DNA of 64,000 bases, taken from positions 27,288 through 91,287 of the forward strand of contig JASGKB010000013.1 in NCBI GenBank assembly GCA_049840675.1. Reading direction: 5' to 3'. A model generated the notes under the pieces. It was not told the DNA's origin, did not search any database, and saw only the letters and a program-made list of their open reading frames with translations. The position numbers were made by a program, and so were the translations under genes. Each line of letters opens with the position of its first letter. Within the stretch, counting starts at the first letter, position 1. Below, one piece after another: positions 43,452 through 53,202 of this stretch. This stretch comes from Pirellulales bacterium. Lineage in GTDB: Bacteria > Planctomycetota > Planctomycetia > Pirellulales > PNKZ01.

Positions 43452-44276
43452 ATGCAGCAACCGAATTACTTCGCCGTCTTCCGTGAATTCGCCCGCAATT
43501 CGCTCGTGCGCGAGATGACGTTTCGCGGCAATTTCATTCTCGACTGCATTTCGTCCCTCTCCTGGGTCTTTATGCAGCTTGGGCTCTATCTGGTGATCTT
43601 TGAGCACACCGACCAGCTTGGTGCAGACACCGGTTGGAGTCGTTGGCCGTTCTTCGTGTTTCTAGCCACGACGCTGTTCGTCAACTCCGTGGTCCAGTTT
43701 TTCTTCATGACCAACATGGAAGAACTGAGCGACCTGATCCGAACCGGTAACCTCGATTTCGCGCTGTTGAAGCCGATCGATACGCAGTTTTTACTGTCGT
43801 TGCGAAAATTCGAATGGTCGTCGCTGGCCAATATCGTGTTTGCCGCGATCTTGTTGGGCGTGTCGCTCGCACGCTTGGATTTTTGGCCGACGCCGCTGCA
43901 AGTCGTGCTGTATGTGTTCTACATGCTCTGCGGCGTTGCGATGCTCTACAGCTTGATGATCGGCCTTGGTTCAATCAGCGTCTGGCTCGGGCGAAATGAA
44001 AGCCTGTACGACTTCTGGTTCTACATCACCAACTTCTCTCGCTACCCGATGGAAATCTACGACGGCCCGTTCGGCACGCCGTTGCGGCTGGCGTTCACGT
44101 TCGCCGTGCCGATTTTGCTCGTGGCCAATGTTCCGGCTCGCCTCATGGCCTGGCCCTTGGCGTCGCAAGACTGGAAGCTTGCAGGCTATGCCGCGGTCGC
44201 CTCGGTCGTGGCGCTCGTCGCCTCACGGAAGGTGTTCTATAAAGCGCTCAATGCCTATCGTAGCGCCAGCAGCTAG
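43452..44276 (+). CDS. ABC-2 family permease (DUF990 type), second subunit
   Basis: Intact 274-aa polytopic membrane protein, 4 nt after the preceding gene. Confidence 0.7.
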   Translation: MQQPNYFAVFREFARNSLVREMTFRGNFILDCISSLSWVFMQLGLYLVIFEHTDQLGADTGWSRWPFFVFLATTLFVNSVVQFFFMTNMEELSDLIRTGNLDFALLKPIDTQFLLSLRKFEWSSLANIVFAAILLGVSLARLDFWPTPLQVVLYVFYMLCGVAMLYSLMIGLGSISVWLGRNESLYDFWFYITNFSRYPMEIYDGPFGTPLRLAFTFAVPILLVANVPARLMAWPLASQDWKLAGYAAVASVVALVASRKVFYKALNAYRSASS

Positions 44277-44318
44277 TTTCGCGCCTTACTCCGGCCGATA
44301 TCGTCAGGAAACGGTCCG

Positions 44319-44912
44319 ATGCTTGATCGTCGCAGCTATGCCGTCAAAGAACATGTCGGTGCGTTCAAGATCACCGACCGTTACGACATTTACGATGCTG
44401 CGACCGGCGAACAGCTCGGCGTCGCCGTCGAACACGTCGGCTGGCTCATGCAGATCTTGCGGATCTTCGGTAATCTCAAGCAGTCGCTGCCGACGACGAT
44501 CGTGATTTCCGAAAGCGAAGACGGTCCGCCGTTGCTCACGATTCACCGCGGATTCACGTTCATTCGCTCCAGCGTCGAAGTGCGCGACGCCCAGGGAAAC
44601 TTGCTCGGCACGCTTCGCAGCAAACTGCTTACCATCGGCGGCGGCTTCTATGTTTACGACGCCGCCGGCAATCAAGCGGCTGAAGTCAAAGGCAACTGGG
44701 CCGGATTCAATTTTCGCTTCCTCGATTCCGGCGGCGCCGAACTCGGCACGGTGAGCAAGCAATGGGGCGGCATGTTCAAGGAAATGTTCACGTCGGCCGA
44801 CAGTTACCACATCGAACTCTCGCCTGCCGTGCCGCAGCAAGGAGCTCTGGCGGCACTGTTGCTTGCGGCGGGCCTGGCCATTGATATGGTCTATAAAGAG
44901 CACGACAACTAA
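44319..44912 (+). CDS. Scramblase / LURP-one-related (tubby-C-like) family protein
   Basis: 197 aa. The repeated beta pattern (FKITDRYDIYDAATGEQLGVAVE; FYVYDAAGNQAAEVKGNW; FRFLDSGGAELGTVSKQW) and C-terminal hydrophobic helix ALAALLLAAGLAIDMVY fit the family as I recall it. Confidence 0.5.
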   Translation: MLDRRSYAVKEHVGAFKITDRYDIYDAATGEQLGVAVEHVGWLMQILRIFGNLKQSLPTTIVISESEDGPPLLTIHRGFTFIRSSVEVRDAQGNLLGTLRSKLLTIGGGFYVYDAAGNQAAEVKGNWAGFNFRFLDSGGAELGTVSKQWGGMFKEMFTSADSYHIELSPAVPQQGALAALLLAAGLAIDMVYKEHDN

Positions 44913-44922
44913 TCGTCGTTCG

Positions 44923-45570
44923 TCAGGCCGCTGCGGACTCCGCCCCCCTGCCCTTCCACCGCCGCAGCAATAAGTGTGCGGGAAGATAAAGGCCGGCCGG
45001 CAGCACGACCATCATCAGTGCCAAATACAGCGGTTGCGGCATCCATGACTGCCGCTCGTTGCCGAAGCCGTAAACGTAGTTGATGTTCACCGGCAGGTTC
45101 GGCTGATCGCTGGGTGCCGGCGGAGGCGGCATCCAGAAGTAACAGACGAGCACCAGGCCCCAAGCGCCCAGCGTCGTCCACACGAGCGCTCGGCGATCGT
45201 AACCGAGCCGGCGCACAAGCCAGAGCAGGAACAACGGCAGCCAAAAGTGGAAGAACGAAAGGAAGCGCGTGAAGAGCGGCAGCCCGGGATCGAACATGTA
45301 GCCGGTCATGCCGGTCAGCCGCACGCCGACAAGCTCGCAAAGAAAGTCGACCATCCACAAGGTTTGCGGCACGACGATGCCGATCGTGGCAATCGACGCC
45401 AAGAGCGAACTCTCCCGCCATACGGCGACCACGGTGAGGAGCAGCGCGACGTCGCAAAAGTACAAGAAATTGGTCGGGCCGTAATCACGCCAATACACGG
45501 GTACGAGTACGGCGACGAAGGCCGTGTAAGCCAGTTTCACCGGCAAGGGAATACAAAGGTGCGGCGTCAT
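44923..45570 (-). CDS. Polytopic integral membrane protein, unknown function
   Basis: Intact 215-aa ORF with 5-6 hydrophobic helices. Confidence 0.5.
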   Translation of the reverse strand: MTPHLCIPLPVKLAYTAFVAVLVPVYWRDYGPTNFLYFCDVALLLTVVAVWRESSLLASIATIGIVVPQTLWMVDFLCELVGVRLTGMTGYMFDPGLPLFTRFLSFFHFWLPLFLLWLVRRLGYDRRALVWTTLGAWGLVLVCYFWMPPPPAPSDQPNLPVNINYVYGFGNERQSWMPQPLYLALMMVVLPAGLYLPAHLLLRRWKGRGAESAAA

Positions 45571-45707
45571 GTTGCCTAATACGGTTCACGACCGTAGCGA
45601 GTTCGAGGGGAGCGAAAACTTGACATGCCACCTCCTGGTGGTACAACCCTGAGGTGCGGTTAGCAACTCCGCCCTTCTTGGATCGTGATATTTTCGGAGC
45701 CTCGGTC

Positions 45708-46700
45708 ATGTCGTCGTTGAAGTTCTTCGGTCGCGTTTTATGCGCGGCGTTTGTCATCAGTCTTGCGACCGGCACGGCCAACGCGGAAGGGGAGAAGCCG
45801 GGCGTCACGAATCCCGCCGTCGAAAAGGCAACCGGTACGAAACCGGCTGCCGCCAAGCCGTCGACCGCGAAGCCTGCGGTTGAAAAAGATGCGCCCGAGG
45901 CCGAACAAACCATCGCTCAAGTACTCGGTTTGCGCGTCAATGTGGGCCCGACGAAGATGAAGCTCGGGACCGGGGCGGAAATCGACGTGCCGAAAGGTTT
46001 CCAATTTTTCAACGCGGCCGACACCGTGAAGATGATGAAGGCCTTCGGCAACGTCACCAACGGCAAGGAGCTCGGCACGATTCAGCCGGCGGATGAGTCG
46101 TGGTTTGTCGTTTTTGAGTTCAACGATTCCGGGTATGTGAAGGACGATGAGAAGGAGTCGCTCGACGCCGACGCCATTCTCGACAGCTTGAAGGCGGGTA
46201 ACGAAGCCGGCAACGAAGAACGCAAGAAGATGGGCGTCGCCACGTTAAACATCACCGGTTGGAAGTTTCCGCCGAACTACGATGACGCCACGAAGAACTT
46301 GCAGTGGTGCATCGCCGCCGAATCGGAAGGCAATCCGGTACTCAACTACCAAACGCGTATCTTGGGACGTCGCGGTGTGATGGAAGCCACGCTCGTTTGC
46401 GGCCCCGAAGTTCTCGATTCGGCCGTGCCGCAATACAAGAATTTGATCAACGGCTTCCATTACACGCAGGGCAACACCTACGGCGATTTCCGCGACGGCG
46501 ACAAGATCGCCACCTACGGTTTGGCCGCACTTGTTGCGGGCGGCGGGCTCGCCGCGGCGGCCAAGACCGGCTTGCTCGCCAAGTTTTTCGGTTTGTTCGG
46601 CAAGCTCGGCAAGGGCATCATCGTGGTGTTCATCGCGATCGGCGCCGCGATCAAGGGCTTGTTCAGCAAGTTGACGGGCCGCAGCAAGGCGAGCGTTTAG
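45708..46700 (+). CDS. DUF2167-type membrane-anchored protein
   Basis: ATG 45708 gives signal MSSLKFFGRVLCAAFVISLATGTANA. Also LNITGWKFPPNYDDATKNLQWCI, a Gly/Ala-rich C-terminal TM pair and a basic tail. Confidence 0.6.
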   Translation: MSSLKFFGRVLCAAFVISLATGTANAEGEKPGVTNPAVEKATGTKPAAAKPSTAKPAVEKDAPEAEQTIAQVLGLRVNVGPTKMKLGTGAEIDVPKGFQFFNAADTVKMMKAFGNVTNGKELGTIQPADESWFVVFEFNDSGYVKDDEKESLDADAILDSLKAGNEAGNEERKKMGVATLNITGWKFPPNYDDATKNLQWCIAAESEGNPVLNYQTRILGRRGVMEATLVCGPEVLDSAVPQYKNLINGFHYTQGNTYGDFRDGDKIATYGLAALVAGGGLAAAAKTGLLAKFFGLFGKLGKGIIVVFIAIGAAIKGLFSKLTGRSKASV

Positions 46701-46707
46701 GTCCGCG

Positions 46708-47885
46708 ATGCCCGAAGAATACGTGTTGCTGGTCGTCGTCGCGGCGATCTATTTGTTTGATTGCGCCGCTGGTGGCGGGCCGACGTCGTCGTATTCCGCG
46801 CCCTGGCCGGTAAGGTGTTTCATCGCTCGCTTCCAGGCGCGCAATTGGGCAACGCTTCCGGCGGCTTTGTGTGGAACAATCCGTTGCCGCCGTTGGGCAC
46901 GGTCGTCGGCGTCGGCAATTGGCCGCTTTCGTTCGGGCCCGGCGGGGTTTTAGGCTATTCGTCGCAATCGACTCCCGGCCAAACGTCGGCCCCGGCCACG
47001 CATCGGTTCGCGCCTTGGGAACGGCTGATTGACGTTGAACGCGAAGACAAGAAGCTCTTCGTCGACGACGAATTGTTGGTCGCCTTTCCATCGACCCGAG
47101 CTGCCGTCGTTTGGCAAAACCGTCTGGCACGGCTTGCGAAATTGCCGACGCGCGATCGTCTCACGGCCTTGGACGAACTTCTCGCCTCGACGGTCGACGA
47201 CAAACTCGTCGGCGCCCATCACGAAGCCGTCGCGTCGGCCGTTCGCCCGCTTCGATTTCTTTGCAACTTGCTGTTCATCTACATGGCGACGGCGATCGTC
47301 ATGTTGCTCGAGTATCAGAGCGCACGCTTGGCTTGGCCGCTTTGGCTCGCAGGGCTCTTCGCGGGTACGCTCCTCGTATCGCTCGTTTACCTCCGCGCCG
47401 CGGCCAAGCTGCGTGGGCCCGGCGAACGTTTGCCGTGGGGGCATGCCGTCGTCACGTTCATCGCGCCGCTCTCGACGGTTCGCGCGGTCGACGCGGTGAC
47501 GGCCGATGCCTTTGCCGGGTTTCATCCCGTAGCGGTCGGTCGGCAGTTGCTTGCCCCGGATGAGTTCAAAAAGTATCTCCGCGCGGTGTTGCTCGACCTA
47601 GAGCATCCGCTCGCGTCCGCGAATTCGGCCGGTGAGCACGATCGGGCTGCGTGGTCTCCCAAGCAAATCGAAACGGAGCGTTGGTCAAACTCGCGGCAAT
47701 TGGATTTGCTTGCCGAGGTCGCGGGCCAGTGCGGCTTCGTCTACGACGAACTTCTCGCACCGCCGCGACCGGAATCGCCCGAAGTTCATTCCTATTGCCC
47801 ACGTTGCCGCGAGCAGTACGCCGTCGCCGACGGTCAATGCCCCTCTTGCCCGGGGATTGAACGCTTGGCTTTTCCTGATGCTTAA
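46708..47885 (+). CDS. Membrane protein with C-terminal zinc ribbon; frameshift near 46760-46775
   Basis: ATG 46708 gives MPEEYVLLVVVAAIYLFDC, which joins ..RADVVVFRALAGKVFHRS.. of ORF 46761..47885. Internal TM helices. C-terminal YCPRCREQYAVADGQCPSCPG. It starts 8 nt after the DUF2167 gene. Confidence 0.45.
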
Positions 47886-48026
47886 GTGGTTTGCTTGTTC
47901 CGAGGCGAGCGTTGCAACGTAAGTGCGACGTACTCGGGCCTTTCCCGGCTCATGGCGAGCGCAAGTCTTGCGGATTAGAATGGTCGGTTTCCCCGCCCTT
48001 CTCCGCACCCGCCCGTAGACTTGCCG

Positions 48027-48890
48027 ATGAAACTTGCCTTTAGTTCCAACGCCTACATGAAGTTTTCGATCGAAGAGACCATCGATCGAATCGCCCGCAT
48101 CGGCTACTCGGGCCTCGAGGTGTTGGCCGACGTTCCGCACGCTTGGCCGGTCAACTTGTTGCCGGAGCGTCGCAAGTCGATCACGGATTCGCTCGTGAAG
48201 CACGGGCTCCGCGTCTCGAACGTCAACGGCTTCATGATGAACGCCGTCAACGATCCGCGGCAGCCGTATTGGCATCCGTCGTGGATCGAGCCTGATCCGA
48301 ACTATCGGGCCATTCGCCGCGAACACACGAAACGGGCCTTGCAATTAGCCGCTGAAATCGGCGCGAAGAACTTGCAGACCGAACCGGGCGGACCTCTGGA
48401 GCCGGGCCAATCGTGGGACGACGCCGCGCGCACGTTCTACGATGAGTTGATGCCGTGCGTCGAGGTCGCCGAGAAGTATCAGGTCGGCCTGCTCATCGAG
48501 CCTGAGCCGGGCCTGATGATCGAAAAGTTCGATCAGTACCTGAAGTTCGTCGAAAAGATTCAGTCGCCTTACGTCGGTTTGAATTTCGACATCGGCCATG
48601 CCTATTGCGTCGGCGAAGACCCACAGGATTGGGTTGCGCAGATGGCGCCGCACACGCGACACTATCACTTCGAAGACATCGCCCCCTCGCGCGTGCATGC
48701 CCACATGGTACCCGGCCGCGGTGCGATCGACTTCGAAAAGACCCTCGCCGCCATCCAAGCCACCGGCTACGACGGCTTCATCACCGTCGAACTTTACCCG
48801 TATATCGACGATCCCGACGCCGCGGCACGCGAAGCGTTCGAATACCTGCAAGGCTGCGCGAAGCGGCTGGGGATTGTTTTCGATAAGTAG
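48027..48890 (+). CDS. Sugar phosphate isomerase/epimerase (xylose-isomerase-like TIM barrel)
   Basis: MKLAFSSNAY.., GYSGLEV, LLIEPEPG, LNFDIGHAY, HYHFEDI, GFITVELYP. Intact. Confidence 0.75.
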   Translation: MKLAFSSNAYMKFSIEETIDRIARIGYSGLEVLADVPHAWPVNLLPERRKSITDSLVKHGLRVSNVNGFMMNAVNDPRQPYWHPSWIEPDPNYRAIRREHTKRALQLAAEIGAKNLQTEPGGPLEPGQSWDDAARTFYDELMPCVEVAEKYQVGLLIEPEPGLMIEKFDQYLKFVEKIQSPYVGLNFDIGHAYCVGEDPQDWVAQMAPHTRHYHFEDIAPSRVHAHMVPGRGAIDFEKTLAAIQATGYDGFITVELYPYIDDPDAAAREAFEYLQGCAKRLGIVFDK

Positions 48891-48902
48891 GCGGCACAAT
48901 CC

Positions 48903-49238
48903 ATGGAACGACACGAACTGGAAGTCTATTCCTCGACGTCGAACTACGCGATCATCAAGCCGCCAGGTCGAAGTTTTCCGGGTTGCGTTATACAGGGCGA
49001 CTCGTTGTCAGCTCTTTGCAACTTAGCGCGAAACATTAGGGTTGCGATCGCGGGACTTCAGTTGGAGAACCGAGAACTTCTAGAAAATGCTGAAGATTTA
49101 AGTAACGCCCTGATCGATCGGCTTCTGCATTATCAAAACGTCCTAAAAGCGCACGACATCTCACTGCCGTATTCTCGGGTATTCACCGACGTCGATTTGG
49201 TAAAAGAGAGCTTTGACGAGGAAGAACAGTCGACTTGA
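48903..49238 (+). CDS. Small acidic-tailed hypothetical protein, visibly low-GC
   Basis: 111-aa ORF tightly packed between the TIM-barrel and UbiA genes (gaps of 12 and 3 nt). No family confidently recognised. Confidence 0.4.
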   Translation: MERHELEVYSSTSNYAIIKPPGRSFPGCVIQGDSLSALCNLARNIRVAIAGLQLENRELLENAEDLSNALIDRLLHYQNVLKAHDISLPYSRVFTDVDLVKESFDEEEQST

Positions 49239-49241
49239 CCG

Positions 49242-50186
49242 ATGCCTGAAATCAAAGCCCTCCTTCAACTCTGCCGCCTCCCCAACGTCTTCACGGCCGT
49301 GTCGAACGTCGCGGCGGGGTACTTGCTCACACATGCCGACCTCACGGACTGGCCGGCGTTTGTGCTGCTCGTCGGTTCGTCGGCGTTGCTGTATACGGCG
49401 GGCATGGTCTTGAACGATGTGTTCGACCTCGCACAAGACACGGCCGAGCGACCTCAACGTCCGATCCCTTCCGGCCGCATCGCGTTGGGCACGGCTCGCA
49501 CGCTGGGTTGGACGTTGCTCCTCGCCGGAGTCGCGCTGGCCGGTGCCGTGACGGCTCTGCGAGAAACGCTCACGCCGATCGTCGTCGCCGCGGCGCTGGC
49601 TTTGATGGTCGTGCTTTACGACGGCCCGCTCAAACGCACGCCGCTCGCGCCGCTGGCGATGGGCGGTTGCCGTTTCCTGAACGTGCTGCTCGGCTTGAGC
49701 CTGGGCACGATTGGCACGTTGAATTGGCATCCGATGCATTGGTGCGTCGCGGCCGGCATCGGCACGTATGTCGTGGGGCTCACGTGGTTTGCCCGCACCG
49801 AGGCCCAAGCCGAAAGTAATCGCTTCGGGCTCTTCGCCGGCATGCTCGTGATGCTCGCCGGCACGGCGCTCCTCGGTTATTTTCCCCGTTTGGCCGACAA
49901 ACAATTGCCCGACTTCATGTGGCCGCTGCCGAACATCCTGCACGGCTGGGTTTGGCCGGCGATGTGGACGTTGTTCGCCTTCTTCACGGTGCGTCGAGCG
50001 CTGCCGGCGATCATTGATCCCTCGCCCCGGCTCGTACAGTTCGCCGTGAAGCAAGCGATTTTCGCGATCATCATTTTCGACGCCGCAATCATCGCCGCCG
50101 TCCACACGCCGTTGCCGTACTCGATCGCCGTCGTCGCCCTGCTCTTTCCCATGCAGATTCTGGGCAGCTACGTTTATTCGACTTAA
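49242..50186 (+). CDS. UbiA-family aromatic/polyprenyl prenyltransferase
   Basis: Intact 314 aa with 8-9 TM helices and the first Asp-rich motif NDVFDLAQDTAERPQRPIPSGRI. Confidence 0.8.
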   Translation: MPEIKALLQLCRLPNVFTAVSNVAAGYLLTHADLTDWPAFVLLVGSSALLYTAGMVLNDVFDLAQDTAERPQRPIPSGRIALGTARTLGWTLLLAGVALAGAVTALRETLTPIVVAAALALMVVLYDGPLKRTPLAPLAMGGCRFLNVLLGLSLGTIGTLNWHPMHWCVAAGIGTYVVGLTWFARTEAQAESNRFGLFAGMLVMLAGTALLGYFPRLADKQLPDFMWPLPNILHGWVWPAMWTLFAFFTVRRALPAIIDPSPRLVQFAVKQAIFAIIIFDAAIIAAVHTPLPYSIAVVALLFPMQILGSYVYST

Positions 50187-50282
50187 TTTTTCTCCACAAA
50201 GGCAGGCATAGAAAGGAGAGTTGGAATACTTGTGCTCTCCCGTCTTCTCCGTGCCTCTGTGTCTCTGTGGTAAAGTCGCCTG

Positions 50283-51128
50283 ATGTATTTCTTCGGCTAC
50301 AACACCAACGGCCTCGCCCATCACGACGCGTACCAAGCGGTCGAGCTCTTGGCCGACCTGGGGTATCGCGGCGTCGGGCTGACGATCGATCACGGCCTCT
50401 TGAATCCGTACGGCGGTCACGTCGCCTCGCGCATTAAGCAAATGCGGCGGCTGCTCGACGAACGGGGCATGCGCAGCGTCGTCGAAACCGGAGCGAGATT
50501 TTTGCTCGACTCGCGCACCAAGCACGAACCGACGCTCGTGACGAGCGAACCGGACGGACGTGCCCGGCGCATCGAGTTTTACAAGCATTGCATCGATGCG
50601 GCCGTGGAACTCGGTGGCGATTGCGTCTCGATCTGGTCAGGCATTCTGCGCGACGGCGTGGACGAGGCGACCGCTTGGCGACGACTCGTCGGCGGTCTGC
50701 GCGAAGTGCTCGACTACGCCGAGCAAAAGCAGATGACCGTCGGTTTCGAGCCCGAGCCTGGAATGTTCGTCGACACGCTCGAAGACTATCGTCGCCTCAA
50801 GGCCGAGCTTCCGCACCCGCGATTGAAGCTTACGCTCGACGTCGGTCACTTGCAGTGCCAAGGGGAGTTGCCCCTGGCCGGCACGATCGAAGCCTGGGGT
50901 TCGGAGCTCGTCAACGTTCATATCGAAGACATGCGCGCGGGCGCGCACGAGCATTTGATGTTCGGCGACGGAGAAATCGCCTTCGGGCCGGTGCTGAAAT
51001 CGCTGCTGCGCATCGGCTACTCCGGCGGCGTGTACGTGGAGCTAAGTCGCCATAGCCATGAAGGCCCGACGGCCGCGACCCGCTCGCTGGAGTTTCTGAC
51101 GAAAACTCTGGCCGAAGTTCGCCGCTAG
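50283..51128 (+). CDS. Sugar phosphate isomerase/epimerase (xylose-isomerase-like TIM barrel), second copy
   Basis: Intact 281 aa: GYRGVGLTIDH, VGFEPEPG, LTLDVGHL, NVHIEDM, VYVELS. Confidence 0.7.
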   Translation: MYFFGYNTNGLAHHDAYQAVELLADLGYRGVGLTIDHGLLNPYGGHVASRIKQMRRLLDERGMRSVVETGARFLLDSRTKHEPTLVTSEPDGRARRIEFYKHCIDAAVELGGDCVSIWSGILRDGVDEATAWRRLVGGLREVLDYAEQKQMTVGFEPEPGMFVDTLEDYRRLKAELPHPRLKLTLDVGHLQCQGELPLAGTIEAWGSELVNVHIEDMRAGAHEHLMFGDGEIAFGPVLKSLLRIGYSGGVYVELSRHSHEGPTAATRSLEFLTKTLAEVRR

Positions 51129-51150
51129 TCCCATTTCCAAATGGGCCGGT

Positions 51151-53202
51151 TTACTTCGCCCGCGGGTTCTTCAAGTAGTAGAAGCGTCCGTCTTCGGCCC
51201 CGCCGAGAAAATCGGGTATGCCGTTGCCGTCGAAATCGACCATCGCCGGGCTGACGTCGTGCCCTTCGATATTCTTTTCCGCCAGCGCGCCGACATGTTG
51301 GAAGTACCAGCGCGGTTTCCCATCGTCCGAGCTACTTGCCGCGCTCGGGCCGTCGACCTGTTGCAGGAAGTCGGCGTTCGACGAGTTGAGCAGAAGATCA
51401 ACGCGGCCGTCGCCGTTCCAGTCGGTCGCGCAGAGCTTGCGGCGTCCGCTTTTGCCGGCCGTGCCCGCGTTAAGTCGCAGCGGTTCGCCGCGTTCGTTGC
51501 AAAAAGCGCGTCGCGGCGGCAACAGCACGAGCTTATCGCCTTGCTTGGCGCGCTCGAAGAAAGCGAAGTAGCCTTCCACGTCGAGCATGGCTAAATCGAG
51601 CAAGCCGTCGCCGTTGAAATCGTGTAGCACCGGCGTGGTCCGCCACTGCGTGACGAGTTGCTTCCCCCGTGGTTGCCACCAGGTCCAAGCCGGCTTCGGC
51701 GTCGTGCCGTTCCATTCGACTTCGATCGGCTGCGGGGCCGCGAGTTTCGGCGCCGACTTGGTGCCTTCGTTGCGGAGCCATTCGACCTTGCCCCAGATCG
51801 AGTTGTAGACGATGTCGTGCAGGCCGTCGCCGTCCCAATCGGCCACATTGTGCGTGGTGTAGCCCCACTTCGCTTCGGCCGGTCCTTGAATGCTGCCGTT
51901 CGGGCCGGCCAGCACGCGAAACGTTTTGCCGCCGGCCTCAAGCCGCACGGGCGCGGCCCATTTCGGTTGTTCCGTTTTGGGGCCGCTCAAGTTTTCGAAC
52001 AGCTCGATGTAGCCGGCCGTGTTGCCACTGACGATGTCGGTATCGCCGTCGCCGTCCCAATCGACGCCCACCGGCGTGGCCAACGCGCCGCACTTTAGAG
52101 TGTCGGCCTCTTGTTGAAAGTATCGCGGCGCGAGCATCACCGGCGTGCGGTCGGACGAGAGCTTGCCGCTGTTTTCGACGAGGGCGACTCGGCCGTCTTC
52201 GTCGCCGACGATGAGATCGAAGTCGCCGTCCTTATCCCAATCGAACGCAACGGGCACGATCATTTCCAGGTCCATCGCCGTGCGCTGACCGGCGTCGTCG
52301 CGCACCACCCTCCCCTTCGTATACTCCGGCTTCGTGCGCGTGCCGACGTTTTCAAAGTAGGTGAAGCCGTCGAGAAATTCGCCGCACAAAAGGTCGAGGT
52401 CTTCATCGCCGTCGAAATCGCAGAAGTTCGGCGTCGGGCAACCGAACGTGTCGACCGGTTTGCCGGCCGCCTTCACTTTGATCGGCTTTGCATACTTCGG
52501 CTCGGCCGTCGTTCCTTCATTGCGCAGCAGCATGACGAAGCCGTGCAGCGGCCCCATCGTCCATTTGCCGGACGCGTCGTAGGCGTCGTCCCAGCCGTAG
52601 TAGCTCCAATCTTCGATGCCGACGACTAAATCGAGCGCTCCGTCGCCGTCGTAGTCGGCGTAGCGCCACTCGTTGTGTCGCATCTTTGGGCCCTTCGTCG
52701 CCGGCCCTGGCGGCTTGTAGAACTTCGACGACACGCCAAGCACGTGCTTATCAGTGAGCCCGGTCTTTAAGAAGTCAGGATACTCCGCGCCGGGCGTGAG
52801 CACTCGCAACCCGCCGTCGGCCGACTTCGTCGTATCGGTGTAGCTCGGCAAGGCATAGTGCATCGTGCGGCTGATGAACTTCGCCGGCTTAAACACCGGA
52901 AATTTGTTCTTGGAGGTATCGCCCGCGGCATTCTCGAACAGCCAGATGCCGTTCGACGGCTTATCCGGGCACGACACGATGAGGTCGAAGTCACCGTCGC
53001 CGTCGGCATCGCACGGCACCGGCCAAGCCCACAGGCCGACGCCAAGATCGACGGCCAAACCTGAATGGTTGTACGGCAAGCGATCCAGAGCGACCGCATT
53101 GTGCTCCTCGGTGAGTCGGCAAGCCACGGCGAGCACGATCAATACGGTCAGACGCAGAGTGAGATTGCGACGGCGGAACAATGAGGATCGAAGCTTGGGC
53201 AT
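51151..53202 (-). CDS. FG-GAP/VCBS-repeat (integrin-alpha-like beta-propeller) exported protein
   Basis: ATG 53202 gives MPKLRSSLFRRRNLTLRLTVLIVLAVA. At least 9 Ca-binding-type repeats are present (DADGDGDFDLIV, DYDGDGALDLVVG, DWDKDGDFDLIVGD, DWDGDGDTDIVSGN, DFNGDGLLDL, DWNGDGRVDLLL, DFDGNGIPDFLGG). Confidence 0.75.
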   Translation of the reverse strand: MPKLRSSLFRRRNLTLRLTVLIVLAVACRLTEEHNAVALDRLPYNHSGLAVDLGVGLWAWPVPCDADGDGDFDLIVSCPDKPSNGIWLFENAAGDTSKNKFPVFKPAKFISRTMHYALPSYTDTTKSADGGLRVLTPGAEYPDFLKTGLTDKHVLGVSSKFYKPPGPATKGPKMRHNEWRYADYDGDGALDLVVGIEDWSYYGWDDAYDASGKWTMGPLHGFVMLLRNEGTTAEPKYAKPIKVKAAGKPVDTFGCPTPNFCDFDGDEDLDLLCGEFLDGFTYFENVGTRTKPEYTKGRVVRDDAGQRTAMDLEMIVPVAFDWDKDGDFDLIVGDEDGRVALVENSGKLSSDRTPVMLAPRYFQQEADTLKCGALATPVGVDWDGDGDTDIVSGNTAGYIELFENLSGPKTEQPKWAAPVRLEAGGKTFRVLAGPNGSIQGPAEAKWGYTTHNVADWDGDGLHDIVYNSIWGKVEWLRNEGTKSAPKLAAPQPIEVEWNGTTPKPAWTWWQPRGKQLVTQWRTTPVLHDFNGDGLLDLAMLDVEGYFAFFERAKQGDKLVLLPPRRAFCNERGEPLRLNAGTAGKSGRRKLCATDWNGDGRVDLLLNSSNADFLQQVDGPSAASSSDDGKPRWYFQHVGALAEKNIEGHDVSPAMVDFDGNGIPDFLGGAEDGRFYYLKNPRAK

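Noticed and set aside
50187-50282. Motif ctccgtgcctctgtgtctctgtgg, reminiscent of short dispersed repeats seen in other soil and aquatic bacteria
   Set aside because: It is a single copy in this window and not palindromic, and I cannot verify its repetitiveness without the whole genome.
48027-51128. Calling the UbiA/TIM-barrel cassette an ebo (eustigmatophyte/bacterial operon) cluster
   Set aside because: Only two of the six ebo gene types have possible counterparts. The TatD-like, sugar-phosphate-cyclase and phosphatase genes are absent from the neighbourhood.
51130-51145. Hairpin cccattt-cc-aaatggg between convergent genes as a terminator
   Set aside because: It has only a 7-bp AT-rich stem with no flanking T or A run, so support is too weak to list as a feature.
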